In this document: positions 10,059 to 19,149 of the stretch, piece by piece
Layout: the number at the start of each line of letters is the position of its first letter
Position numbering within the stretch: position 1 is the stretch's first letter
Assembly (NCBI GenBank): GCA_024402765.1
Contig: JAKSTC010000001.1
Coordinates: 133,785-197,784 of the forward strand
Direction: 5' to 3'
DNA: 64,000 nucleotides
Origin: Alphaproteobacteria bacterium
Lineage (GTDB): Bacteria > Pseudomonadota > Alphaproteobacteria > Rs-D84
Program-made: the position numbers and the translations under genes
Notes under the pieces: model-generated
The model's input: only the letters and a program-made list of their open reading frames with translations
The model's database searches: none
What the model was told of the DNA's origin: nothing

Positions 10059-11627
10059 ATGGATTTTTCAATGTTTATAAAAAATTTTTTATACTTTATT
10101 GGACTTTTGGGTATCTTGGCTGGATGCAGTACACAAACAAAAACAGAACCAACATGGGACTATTCTGAAATAACTAATCCAACCCAATTACGTGGTATTC
10201 CAAATGCAGAATACGATACAAACGCACAACACAATGTTGTTGCTCTATTACCTTTAAGTGGTGAAAATGCTGATATTGGACGTAGCATACAATATTCTAT
10301 TGAATTAGCTGCATTAGAAGCACAACCAAATCCTATGTTTATCAAATTTTATGACACAGAAGGCGAATCGTCTTTAAACACTATTCAAGACGCCTTATCA
10401 ACCAACCCTGAATTTATAATTGGACCGGTATTTGCCCCCGAGGCACGCATTGTTCGTAACAAAAAATCTGACGACATACCAGTATTGTCATTTACATCTG
10501 ACAGAACTGCTATTGGCGATGGTGTAATGAGTATTGCCCTATTACCTATTAATTCAATAGAAGCAATCGTCCAAGAAATAACAAACGACAATGTCAAAAA
10601 TATAATTATTGTTGCGCCCGAAACAGATTCTGGTCACCTGATGGCAGGTGCGGCATTGACTGCCGCAGATATAAATGATATTGAAATATCTGGTATTTTC
10701 TTTTATTCAGAAAATGATTCCGAATCAATCAAGATGTCTATGTCGGATGCCTCTGCGCACGAAATTCGCTCCAAAGCAAACAACAAAGCACGCGAAATTT
10801 TATCCGACATATTAACAAACGAAACACTAACTGAGCTTGAAGATTCCAGTATATCTGTCCAACTGGACAAATTATCAAAAACCGAATATCTTGGAAAGTT
10901 ACCGTATAGCGCCGTTTTATTTTTAGGTAATGCAATCGATACAAAAAGTTTAGCATCTTTCCTTAGGTATTATGAGGTTGATTCGCGTTCTGTTCGTTTT
11001 TATGGAACGGCACTTTGGGATGATAGTGATATTGCATCAGACTTTACAATGTCTGGCGCAAAATACGCAACTTTACCAGAAACAGAAAAAACATTTTCTG
11101 CTGTATACGCACAAATCTCTGGGTTTCAGCCATCCAAGATTGCATCATTCGGATATGATGCAACCAAAATTGCATCATTGTTTTTAAACAAAAAAACAGG
11201 ACTAACAACCCCAAGTGGTTTTAACGGTGTAAATGGAATTGTCCGTTTTAATTCAAATGGCACCAATGAACGCGCAATGCGTATAATGTATTTGAACGCA
11301 TCTGGGACCCCACGCGAAATAAAACACGCAAAAACAAATTTCAAAACACAATTATATAAGCTAAGTTATGATGACATAGAGTCAGCAGACGGATATTCTT
11401 TATCAGAATATTCTGTAGACCCAATGGATTATATTTCCATACCTGAACGTTTTATAAAAAAATATAAGAAAACAAAATCTGATAAAGAGATGCTTCCACA
11501 AACCCAATCTGCAATAACAATTGTAAACACAGACACTGGCGACTCTCTAAAAGCATCTGATTACAAATCAGTCAAACACGAATCAATCAAACAAAAATTA
11601 ATAGATAGTGTTGAAATACAAGAATAA
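10059..11627 (+). CDS. LpoA/LppC-like lipoprotein (penicillin-binding protein activator family, periplasmic-binding fold)
   Basis: Lipobox LAGC at the N-terminus. Type-I periplasmic binding-protein-like body. Divergent from rsmI, as yraL/yraM (rsmI/lpoA) are in E. coli. Confidence 0.45.
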   Translation: MDFSMFIKNFLYFIGLLGILAGCSTQTKTEPTWDYSEITNPTQLRGIPNAEYDTNAQHNVVALLPLSGENADIGRSIQYSIELAALEAQPNPMFIKFYDTEGESSLNTIQDALSTNPEFIIGPVFAPEARIVRNKKSDDIPVLSFTSDRTAIGDGVMSIALLPINSIEAIVQEITNDNVKNIIIVAPETDSGHLMAGAALTAADINDIEISGIFFYSENDSESIKMSMSDASAHEIRSKANNKAREILSDILTNETLTELEDSSISVQLDKLSKTEYLGKLPYSAVLFLGNAIDTKSLASFLRYYEVDSRSVRFYGTALWDDSDIASDFTMSGAKYATLPETEKTFSAVYAQISGFQPSKIASFGYDATKIASLFLNKKTGLTTPSGFNGVNGIVRFNSNGTNERAMRIMYLNASGTPREIKHAKTNFKTQLYKLSYDDIESADGYSLSEYSVDPMDYISIPERFIKKYKKTKSDKEMLPQTQSAITIVNTDTGDSLKASDYKSVKHESIKQKLIDSVEIQE

Positions 11628-11638
11628 CAGGAAACGAT

Positions 11639-12535
11639 ATGTTTAAGTTTATAAAAAAATTATTTATTAAACCTACAACTAAAACAAACGGCGTGTCTGT
11701 TCGTGATTTTTATAATCAATCCCCAGAAAAAGAATTTGGTCGCACTACCCAAGATGCATCCCATATGCTTGAATTTCAGACTACTGAATATTTTTATAAA
11801 AAATATCTCAAAAAAGATATGAAAATATTAGATGCTGGTGGTGGCCCGGGGCGTTATACGGTTGATTTGGCAAAACAAGGTTATCATATGACCTTGCTTG
11901 ACATATCTGACAAAGAATTAGAGTTAGCAAAACGAAAAATCAGACAATATCGTGTTGATAAAAATGTTGATTCCGTTGATTTGGGTTCTATTACAGATTT
12001 ACCGTACAAAGACAATTCTTTTGATATGGTTTTATGTGTTGGCGGTCCTTTATCACATCTGCACACAGAACAAGAACGGAAAAAAGCAATTAAAGAACTG
12101 GTTCGTGTTGCAAAACCTGGGGCACCAATATTTATTTCTGTTATGGCGCGTCCTGCAGTATTAAATTTATGTGTCAAAGATTTTGCACAATATATTAAAA
12201 CTTACGGCCATAAAAACGAATATGATTTTTGGAAAGAAACAACTCTATTAACAACAGCCGGCGATGACAACTGGTTTATTGGTTGTTCTTATGCACATTT
12301 TTTCTGGCCAAGTGAATTGAAAGATTTGGTATTAAAAACAGCCAAGAACACAAAACTATTACATTATGTTGCCCTGGAATGGCCAAACCAAAACACACAC
12401 AAAGAATTTAACGAAATTGCAAAAAACAAACATCATTATAAAAAATGGTTAGATTTACATTTTTCTATATGTGAACATCCAGATATGTTATCCCTAAGTG
12501 CCCACATAATGATTGTTATTCAGAAAAAGAAATAA
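11639..12535 (+). CDS. Class I SAM-dependent methyltransferase
   Basis: Motif I ILDAGGGPGRYT. Post-I acidic residue LLDIS. Confidence 0.6.
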   Translation: MFKFIKKLFIKPTTKTNGVSVRDFYNQSPEKEFGRTTQDASHMLEFQTTEYFYKKYLKKDMKILDAGGGPGRYTVDLAKQGYHMTLLDISDKELELAKRKIRQYRVDKNVDSVDLGSITDLPYKDNSFDMVLCVGGPLSHLHTEQERKKAIKELVRVAKPGAPIFISVMARPAVLNLCVKDFAQYIKTYGHKNEYDFWKETTLLTTAGDDNWFIGCSYAHFFWPSELKDLVLKTAKNTKLLHYVALEWPNQNTHKEFNEIAKNKHHYKKWLDLHFSICEHPDMLSLSAHIMIVIQKKK

Positions 12536-12615
12536 AATTATATATGTTTGCACAATCTACTTGTTTTACCCAAACCACATCTATCAAAAATAAAAATACC
12601 CCATGTGCGGAGGTG

Positions 12616-12639
12616 TTTTTATTTTGGTGGGAGTGGAAG
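12616..12639. repeat. 24-bp direct-repeat copy of the tRNA-Tyr 3' end plus its flank (partner at 12865-12888)
   Basis: tttttattttggtgggagtggaag occurs identically at both positions. The second copy is the genuine 3' end of tRNA-Tyr. Confidence 0.8.
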
Positions 12640-12873
12640 CACCTTGATATACAATAATAAAAATCTATAAAAACTCTAATTAACAATATCCGTTTTTATG
12701 ATTTTTCTAATTATCTATCTGCGTAGTCGCTCGCGCGGCACATTATATGCGCCAGCTACGCGGCAATCGTAACGATTTTGCTTTCGCAAAATCTACTGCT
12801 TGTCGAACCAAAGGATTCAATCCAAACAACATCCAGCAAAATAAAAAACGACCATAAAGGTCGTTTTTTATTT

Positions 12874-12959
12874 TGGTGGGAGTGGAAGGAGTCGAACCTT
12901 CTCAAGCAAAGCTAACAGATTTACAGTCTGCCCCGGCTCTCCGACTCCGGCGCACGCCC
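12874..12959 (-). tRNA. tRNA-Tyr(GTA), class II with long variable arm, CCA encoded
   Basis: The reverse complement folds as a cloverleaf with anticodon loop CTGTAAA and T arm GAAGGTTCGACTCCTTC. There is one C:T mismatch in the acceptor stem, and position 8 is C. Confidence 0.85.
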
Positions 12960-13009
12960 AATCTTTTTGGTGCAAGCAATAACACTTTACCGCCACACAC
13001 CCAAATTCC

Positions 13010-13084
13010 TGGTGCGAGCAGCGGGAATCGAACCCGCATTTCAAGCTTGGAAGGCTTGCATTCTAGCCCTTGAACTATGCTCGC
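13010..13084 (-). tRNA. tRNA-Gly(TCC), CCA encoded
   Basis: Reverse complement is GCGAGCATAGTTCAAGGGCTAGAATGCAAGCCTTCCAAGCTTGAAATGCGGGTTCGATTCCCGCTGCTCGCACCA, a canonical cloverleaf. Confidence 0.92.
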
Positions 13085-13136
13085 AACAAATCTAAAGTAG
13101 TCAGATTATATAATATTTTTTATTAAACGCAAGCAT

Positions 13137-13709
13137 TTATTCTTTGACAGGCACAACCAATGGCAAACATTCGCCCCCATCATTCGGACAACACTTAAAT
13201 TCCATATTTCCAACATCCTTAAATCTTTCACCATCGCAACAACCGAACTTATTCGGTTTTGATTCATCCGGGCACAGCCCATTTGCGCGTAAATCTTGAA
13301 TTTGTTCTGGGGTTAATGGTTCCGATTCTGGTTCTGCTATCGCGACAACACACATCTTATCATACTGGGCCTGTAATTTTTCTATCTCTGCCTGCAAGGA
13401 ATCACAAGTCGGTATTTCTTCTGTTGCCACAGGTTGTTCTGTGACCACCGATGACGCGGTCCGAACAGCAGCAGTTCGTATTTTTGACGTTCTTTGCGTA
13501 ACACATTGTGTGTTATACGTATCCTGTAACGATTTTAATTTTGTGCTTTCTTCGTCTGTCAATGTATCAACGGCTTTTAATTCATCTATTTGTTTTTTTA
13601 CCTCACCACAATTTGGTCTATTAACCACAGCCGGTGTTACTTCTTCGGCCATACAAACACACGGCAACAAAAGAAAAACAGCAAATAATATTTTTTTCAT
13701 CTTAACCAC
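13137..13709 (-). CDS. Secreted Cys-rich hypothetical protein
   Basis: Signal peptide KKILFAVFLLLPCVCMA. Internally repeated C..(E/Q)I(D/E)(E/K)L..C segments, and a Cys-rich C-terminus (GCCDG, KCCPNDGGEC). Confidence 0.4.
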   Translation of the reverse strand: MVKMKKILFAVFLLLPCVCMAEEVTPAVVNRPNCGEVKKQIDELKAVDTLTDEESTKLKSLQDTYNTQCVTQRTSKIRTAAVRTASSVVTEQPVATEEIPTCDSLQAEIEKLQAQYDKMCVVAIAEPESEPLTPEQIQDLRANGLCPDESKPNKFGCCDGERFKDVGNMEFKCCPNDGGECLPLVVPVKE

Positions 13710-13711
13710 CT

Positions 13712-14245
13712 TTATTCATTTATAATTTTTTCCACCTCTAAGATAAAATCTATCGCAGGGTTCGTCAGGCGTTTTGCCTTATCAAACATTTCTTGGGCTG
13801 CCGCTTGCATTTGCAATTTTTTATAAGTTTCAACAACTGTTATTGTATCATCTTCACTTAACTTATCATCTGTTATCGCACGTGCAACCGCCAATTCTTG
13901 TTCTGCCAATTCTTTGTAATATGCGGTTTCATCCTCACAACCGCGTTCTGCAATTATCGCATAAATTTTAGCGTTGTTTATATGATCATCATAATCATAA
14001 GCATTCGGATTAACCCTTATCAACATTTCATCACGAACTTTTGTGCATATTGATTTGTTATTAACAACAATGTCGGCTTTTTTCATATTAATGACTTGTT
14101 CAGAAACATTTTCAATTTTTTGCACAACTGTTTTAGTTTTTGTTATAGCCAAGCCAACCATTAAACCACATGCAAACAACCCAAGCAACGCAACAACCGC
14201 TAATATGCGCTGACGAATAATATCTTTTTTTGAATATTTTTTCAT
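13712..14245 (-). CDS. Membrane-anchored hypothetical protein
   Basis: Single N-terminal TM segment (ILAVVALLGLFACGLMVGLAI). Tightly packed with its neighbours. Confidence 0.4.
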   Translation of the reverse strand: MKKYSKKDIIRQRILAVVALLGLFACGLMVGLAITKTKTVVQKIENVSEQVINMKKADIVVNNKSICTKVRDEMLIRVNPNAYDYDDHINNAKIYAIIAERGCEDETAYYKELAEQELAVARAITDDKLSEDDTITVVETYKKLQMQAAAQEMFDKAKRLTNPAIDFILEVEKIINE

Positions 14246-14266
14246 TTTGCTCTCTCCCTTATAATA

Positions 14267-14980
14267 TTACTTAACTATACCCTTCTTTATGGTTATAACC
14301 CTATCTGCCCTATTGGCGAGTCCCATATCATGTGTAACAAACAACATAGACATTTTATTTTTGCGCACCAATTCCAACAACATATCAAACACAACCGTTG
14401 CATGTTCCGGGTCCAGATTTCCTGTTGGTTCGTCTGCCAAAACAATTTCAGGATTATTTGCAATCGCACGCGCAACCGCAGTTCGTTGTTGTTCGCCACC
14501 CGACATTTCACCCGGCAAATGCCCCGCCCTGTGCAGGACATTAACCGACTTTAATAATTTTGCCGCCCTGGCATTTGCAACATCTTCGTCAACCCCATTT
14601 GCCATCATTGGCAATGTAACATTTTCAAGTGCAGTAAAATCAGACAATAAATTATGCCTTTGATAAACAAATCCGATTTTTTGACGGCGAAACAATGTTC
14701 TTTCTTCATCGTTCATTTTTTGCACCGGCACACCACAAATTAAAATACTGCCTGATGTTGGTTTATCCAACAATCCCACACATTGTAATAATGTTGATTT
14801 ACCCGACCCCGATTGTCCCACCAGTGCGATTATTTCACCACGATGCAAATCAAAACCACCGCCAGATAAAACACGTAATGGCTGACCACCTTCCATAAAA
14901 GTTTTTTTAATATCACGCACAGACAGAACGACTTCGCGTTTTTCAATCTTTGATAAAGAATTCAAAATTCCAGCCATCAC
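14267..14980 (-). CDS. lolD: Lipoprotein-releasing system ATP-binding protein LolD
   Basis: Walker A GQSGSGKST, signature MSGGEQQR, Walker B IVLADEPT. Lies immediately downstream of the LolC/E permease. Confidence 0.8.
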   Translation of the reverse strand: MMAGILNSLSKIEKREVVLSVRDIKKTFMEGGQPLRVLSGGGFDLHRGEIIALVGQSGSGKSTLLQCVGLLDKPTSGSILICGVPVQKMNDEERTLFRRQKIGFVYQRHNLLSDFTALENVTLPMMANGVDEDVANARAAKLLKSVNVLHRAGHLPGEMSGGEQQRTAVARAIANNPEIVLADEPTGNLDPEHATVVFDMLLELVRKNKMSMLFVTHDMGLANRADRVITIKKGIVK

Positions 14981-14988
14981 ACCAACCT

Positions 14989-16245
14989 TTATTCATTTCT
15001 TAATACATCAACCGGGTCTGTATTTGCCGCCTTCCATGCGGGATAAATTGTTGCCAAAAACGCCAAACCTATTGCCAAGGTTGCAATTCCAAACACCGTT
15101 CCAAATTCTAACTTAGACGGTAATTCAGATAAATAATATAATTCTGATGGGAATAAATCGCGTCCTGTTAACCATTGGAAAAACTGACGAATTGGTTCAA
15201 TATATGTTGCAACCAACACACCCAATATTGTTCCAGAAACCGCACCAATAACACCAATAGATGTCCCAGACAAAACAAATATTTTCATCATAGATTTACG
15301 CGACACACCAAATGTTCGCAGAACAGCAATATCTTTGGACTTATCCTTAACCAACATAACAAGTGATGATACAATATTAAATGCCGCAACAATTACAATC
15401 AGCATTAATATCAAAAACATAACATTTGATTCAACCTGCAGGGCGCCAACAAAACTGCGATTTAAATCACGCCAATCACGAACAACAAAACCATCTGGCA
15501 ATAATGTAACCAACGCATCACGCACAGCACGTGTTTCTTCGGGATTATCCAAAAACAAATCAATATGCGTTACAGAATTACCAATATTCAGATATTTTTG
15601 TGCTGTCCCCAGTGGCATAAATATATATCCTGAATCATATTCATACATTCCCATAAAGAAAGAACTCTTAACCGGATACGACATAATGCGTGGCATAGAA
15701 CCAAACGGTGTTGGTGTTGCACCATTTGCAGATATAAGCGACACATCATCACCCATTGTAACACCTAATGCGCGCGTTAACGCCGCACCTGCAACCAATT
15801 CACCATCCTGGACTTCTGATAATGCCTTGCCATATACACGGGTTCCAGAATGTGTTTTTGAAATAAGGTCCGACATATTAATACCGCGAATCATTGCACC
15901 TGTATTATTACCCTTGGCGGTCGCCATAACCTGACCTTCGGCTATTGGAACAATTGATTTAACATGCGCATTCACAATTTTATTTTGACGCATTTTATCA
16001 ATCAAAAAATCATAATCAGAAATTGCACCATCTTGGTAATACACAACAACATGACCATTCATACCAATTATACGCGACAATAATGTATCGTGAAAACCGC
16101 CCATAACCGACATAACAACAATTAATGTTGCAACACCCAACATAATACCAAGTAAAGACACCCACGAAACGACCGAACCAAATCCGCGTTTTTTTGCCCC
16201 CAGATATCTGAACGCAACCTTGCGTTCCATTTTTGAAAACAACAT
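14989..16245 (-). CDS. Lipoprotein-releasing system permease LolC/LolE (MacB/FtsX-like)
   Basis: 418 aa, N-terminal AFRYLGAKKRGF motif, large periplasmic loop, C-terminal FtsX-type TM bundle. Confidence 0.8.
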   Translation of the reverse strand: MLFSKMERKVAFRYLGAKKRGFGSVVSWVSLLGIMLGVATLIVVMSVMGGFHDTLLSRIIGMNGHVVVYYQDGAISDYDFLIDKMRQNKIVNAHVKSIVPIAEGQVMATAKGNNTGAMIRGINMSDLISKTHSGTRVYGKALSEVQDGELVAGAALTRALGVTMGDDVSLISANGATPTPFGSMPRIMSYPVKSSFFMGMYEYDSGYIFMPLGTAQKYLNIGNSVTHIDLFLDNPEETRAVRDALVTLLPDGFVVRDWRDLNRSFVGALQVESNVMFLILMLIVIVAAFNIVSSLVMLVKDKSKDIAVLRTFGVSRKSMMKIFVLSGTSIGVIGAVSGTILGVLVATYIEPIRQFFQWLTGRDLFPSELYYLSELPSKLEFGTVFGIATLAIGLAFLATIYPAWKAANTDPVDVLRNE

Positions 16246-16263
16246 CTTTTTTCCTTTATATCA

Positions 16264-17586
16264 TTACTCGCTTAAAAAAGCCCTCAATGCATCCCCCGAC
16301 AAATCACCGACATAGTTTTGCGCCTTTGTCCCTGAATCAACAATAGATATTATACGTGGCGACACAAATACAACCAATTCTGCAAACGGACTTATTAATG
16401 TTTCTGGTGTCGTAACAAACGAATGTGTTGGAATACCAATAATTACATAATTATCACCAACACTAGACGGTATTTCAAATGAAGATAACTCACCGTTGCT
16501 TGTTCTTAACACAACCTTGGCATCAATTTTATCATAACCACCAAAGTCACCATATTTTGCGGTTGCACCAATTATCAAATCTGTTTCTAAACGTTCTTCC
16601 TTACTGCATTGGCCAATATCAAATCTGGACTGCCATCCATTTGGAATTGCAAATGTTCCCTGGGATATCAACACCACATTAGATTGCTGGGACAAAAATT
16701 CCTGCAGGGTTTTTGTATTAATTTCGGGTCCCACCACCAGCGCACGCCCAACAACACCCGGGATAGACATCTTTACATTTTTTTCACCAAATGCAGGCAA
16801 TAAATTCATCCAAACAATCGGATTATCTGTGCGCGGATAAACGCGATATACATCAATATCCCATGCCACCATATATTTTTTTGACGATATATCTGCAATT
16901 ATTTGTGCCGCTTCACGTTCTGTTTGATAATTACCATCAAACACCAGGGTTTTATCCTGCCAGTTAATTAATAAATTACGCATATCTGCCCCACGCATAG
17001 CATCAACCAAGGCCATAATTATCGTTTCGTCTTTTGGCATTTTAATCATCCACTTTCCATGATAACTAAGGTGGATTTCACCAGAATCTTTATCATAAGT
17101 ATAATATGCGTGTCCCATTTTAGACATTAAATCAACCGCATCAGAAAGCGTCCCCGATGAAATAGTTCCGGAAATTTTATCAACCATTTCTTCATCTTCG
17201 ACAACGGCAATATCTGTTCCCATTAATAATTTGTCCAATGCCTGTTTAACGGTTAATTTTTTAAACTCATAATCATCAACACTTAAATCATCTGGCAAAG
17301 CAGCGCCGGTATTAAGGCGAACTATTTCAATTTTTTCTTCGGGCACCACAGAAACAACACTTTGATTATTCCAATCAACAGTGCACCGTTTTGGCAATTC
17401 TACAGAAAAGCGTTGTGCAGTATCCGTTGTTAATGCCGCCTTTTTTGGGAAAATAGGCACAGAATTTTCATCAATGACCAGATTATCAACCACCGTTACC
17501 GTATCATAAAGCGGAACATTGTTATTTTGGGTACAACCAAACAAACAAAACGCACACCCAAGAAACACTCCTAAATTAAACTTCAT
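16264..17586 (-). CDS. Secretin-like outer-membrane lipoprotein (PilN/BfpB type, type IVb pilus)
   Basis: Lipobox LFGC. The C-terminal region resembles a secretin domain (NVVLISQGTFAIPNG..., GDNYVIIGIP, ELVVFVSPRII). Confidence 0.5.
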   Translation of the reverse strand: MKFNLGVFLGCAFCLFGCTQNNNVPLYDTVTVVDNLVIDENSVPIFPKKAALTTDTAQRFSVELPKRCTVDWNNQSVVSVVPEEKIEIVRLNTGAALPDDLSVDDYEFKKLTVKQALDKLLMGTDIAVVEDEEMVDKISGTISSGTLSDAVDLMSKMGHAYYTYDKDSGEIHLSYHGKWMIKMPKDETIIMALVDAMRGADMRNLLINWQDKTLVFDGNYQTEREAAQIIADISSKKYMVAWDIDVYRVYPRTDNPIVWMNLLPAFGEKNVKMSIPGVVGRALVVGPEINTKTLQEFLSQQSNVVLISQGTFAIPNGWQSRFDIGQCSKEERLETDLIIGATAKYGDFGGYDKIDAKVVLRTSNGELSSFEIPSSVGDNYVIIGIPTHSFVTTPETLISPFAELVVFVSPRIISIVDSGTKAQNYVGDLSGDALRAFLSE

Positions 17587-17612
17587 ATCTTCACCTCTTG
17601 TGTATAAGGATA

Positions 17613-17939
17613 CTATATATTCATAATTTTTTCAAACTCTTCTAATGTCATTTCATAAATTGGTTTTTGTGATGGTGTAACCATAGACTTTACATCTTCA
17701 AATTGCGCAGTTAATCTTTCAATAACAGACGACACTTCTGACGGGACAACCACAGATTTATCCTGCATCAGACGACGGCCATATTCCACAATAAATTCTA
17801 AAACATCTGCGGCTAAAAAGCGTCCAACATAATTTTCCAACGGCAAACCACCCTTTTCCACACATATTGCAGACATAGTAGTAAGTAATTGATTATAAAA
17901 ATTTGCCAAACTTATAAAGTGTTCAACTGTTATTGCCAT
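17613..17939 (-). CDS. Hypothetical protein upstream of the secretin gene
   Basis: 108-aa ORF in an operon-like position. No recognisable motif. Confidence 0.35.
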   Translation of the reverse strand: MAITVEHFISLANFYNQLLTTMSAICVEKGGLPLENYVGRFLAADVLEFIVEYGRRLMQDKSVVVPSEVSSVIERLTAQFEDVKSMVTPSQKPIYEMTLEEFEKIMNI

Positions 17940-18015
17940 ACTCTTTCCTTTTTCTTTTTATACCACATTATAAAAACTATTGCCACCAGAACGCAATTAA
18001 ATTATAATAGGAAGT

Positions 18016-18396
18016 ATGAGAATGAAAATATTAGTTGTTTTATTGACCCTAACCGCGTGTGCATCCGTTAATCGTGGTAGTATTGATGATGCAACTGTTC
18101 TTAATTGGGAAAACGAAATGGTAACCACCGAACAATTTGTCCGTGATCATAAGTCTTGTTTGGGTATTACCTCAAACGAATACGCCCCACGGTCCCGTGT
18201 TGCAAAATTAATATCCCCAAACCAAAGTGCACAAATGCCCGATTGGGATGGATTGTGGGTAACATTTCAATCTAATGAATATCGGGATGTTGGTCAACGT
18301 GCCCTGCTTTCTGTTCCGCGTTCCCAAACATCAAAAACCGTTGGCGCATATCGCCGCTGCATGTTCAGACGCGGATACCTACTTCGCGCAATGTAA
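18016..18396 (+). CDS. Small lipoprotein, function unknown
   Basis: Signal peptide plus lipobox LLTLTAC. Confidence 0.4.
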   Translation: MRMKILVVLLTLTACASVNRGSIDDATVLNWENEMVTTEQFVRDHKSCLGITSNEYAPRSRVAKLISPNQSAQMPDWDGLWVTFQSNEYRDVGQRALLSVPRSQTSKTVGAYRRCMFRRGYLLRAM

Positions 18397-18438
18397 GCAC
18401 AAAAATTTGTTATTTCTAAATAATATGATATAATACAA

Positions 18439-19149
18439 ATGGAAATGAGAAAAACAATTTGGTTTTGGCTGTGTTTTGTATGCGCTATTGTTTTGGCGAT
18501 ATATTTTTCTGCGCGTATAGTAATGATAAAAATGAATTACGGCAAACCTGTTCTCGTTCACAATATATCTATTGTCGCAGATCGTTCTGATGTTGATTTA
18601 TCCCCCCTGCGCGATGCGGTTTCGGTATCATCTGGCACACCACTATATAGCGTAAACCTTGAATCAATAAACAACCACATTGCTTCTGTTGCTGGCGTTA
18701 AAAAATCGTCTATTCGCCGCCTGCCCAATGGCACGATCAGTGTGCATGTTCAAATGCATAATGTATTGGGACTATATCAGCAATCTGACGGTATGTATTA
18801 CCCGATTTCTGATGACGGTTTTATTGTTAATGATCCATCCGTTGAGCGTCAACCAAACACCATATTATTTCGTGGTGCAAAACCAAAAAACATTACAAAA
18901 ATCACACAATCTGTAACGCCACTAACACCATTTATTGATTATATTGAATGGATAGAAAACAGACGTTGGAATATATACACAACAACTGGCATAACTATTT
19001 TACTGCCCGAAGATGTTGTTGGAACACCCGAATACGAACCTAATGATGCTATTGTTAAATTAAACAATTTAAATCAGGAAAAAAGCATATTATCACGCGC
19101 AATCAAGGTTATAGATTTACGTGACAACAAACGTATTTTGGTTCAATAA
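18439..19149 (+). CDS. ftsQ: Cell division protein FtsQ
   Basis: N-terminal TM segment, POTRA-like region, and position immediately 5' of ftsA (stop and start abut). Confidence 0.7.
   Translation: MEMRKTIWFWLCFVCAIVLAIYFSARIVMIKMNYGKPVLVHNISIVADRSDVDLSPLRDAVSVSSGTPLYSVNLESINNHIASVAGVKKSSIRRLPNGTISVHVQMHNVLGLYQQSDGMYYPISDDGFIVNDPSVERQPNTILFRGAKPKNITKITQSVTPLTPFIDYIEWIENRRWNIYTTTGITILLPEDVVGTPEYEPNDAIVKLNNLNQEKSILSRAIKVIDLRDNKRILVQ

Noticed and set aside
12873-13073. 66-aa ORF on the plus strand spanning the tRNA region.
   Set aside because: It overlaps tRNA-Tyr and tRNA-Gly on the opposite strand. Its GC-rich codons simply mirror the tRNA sequences.
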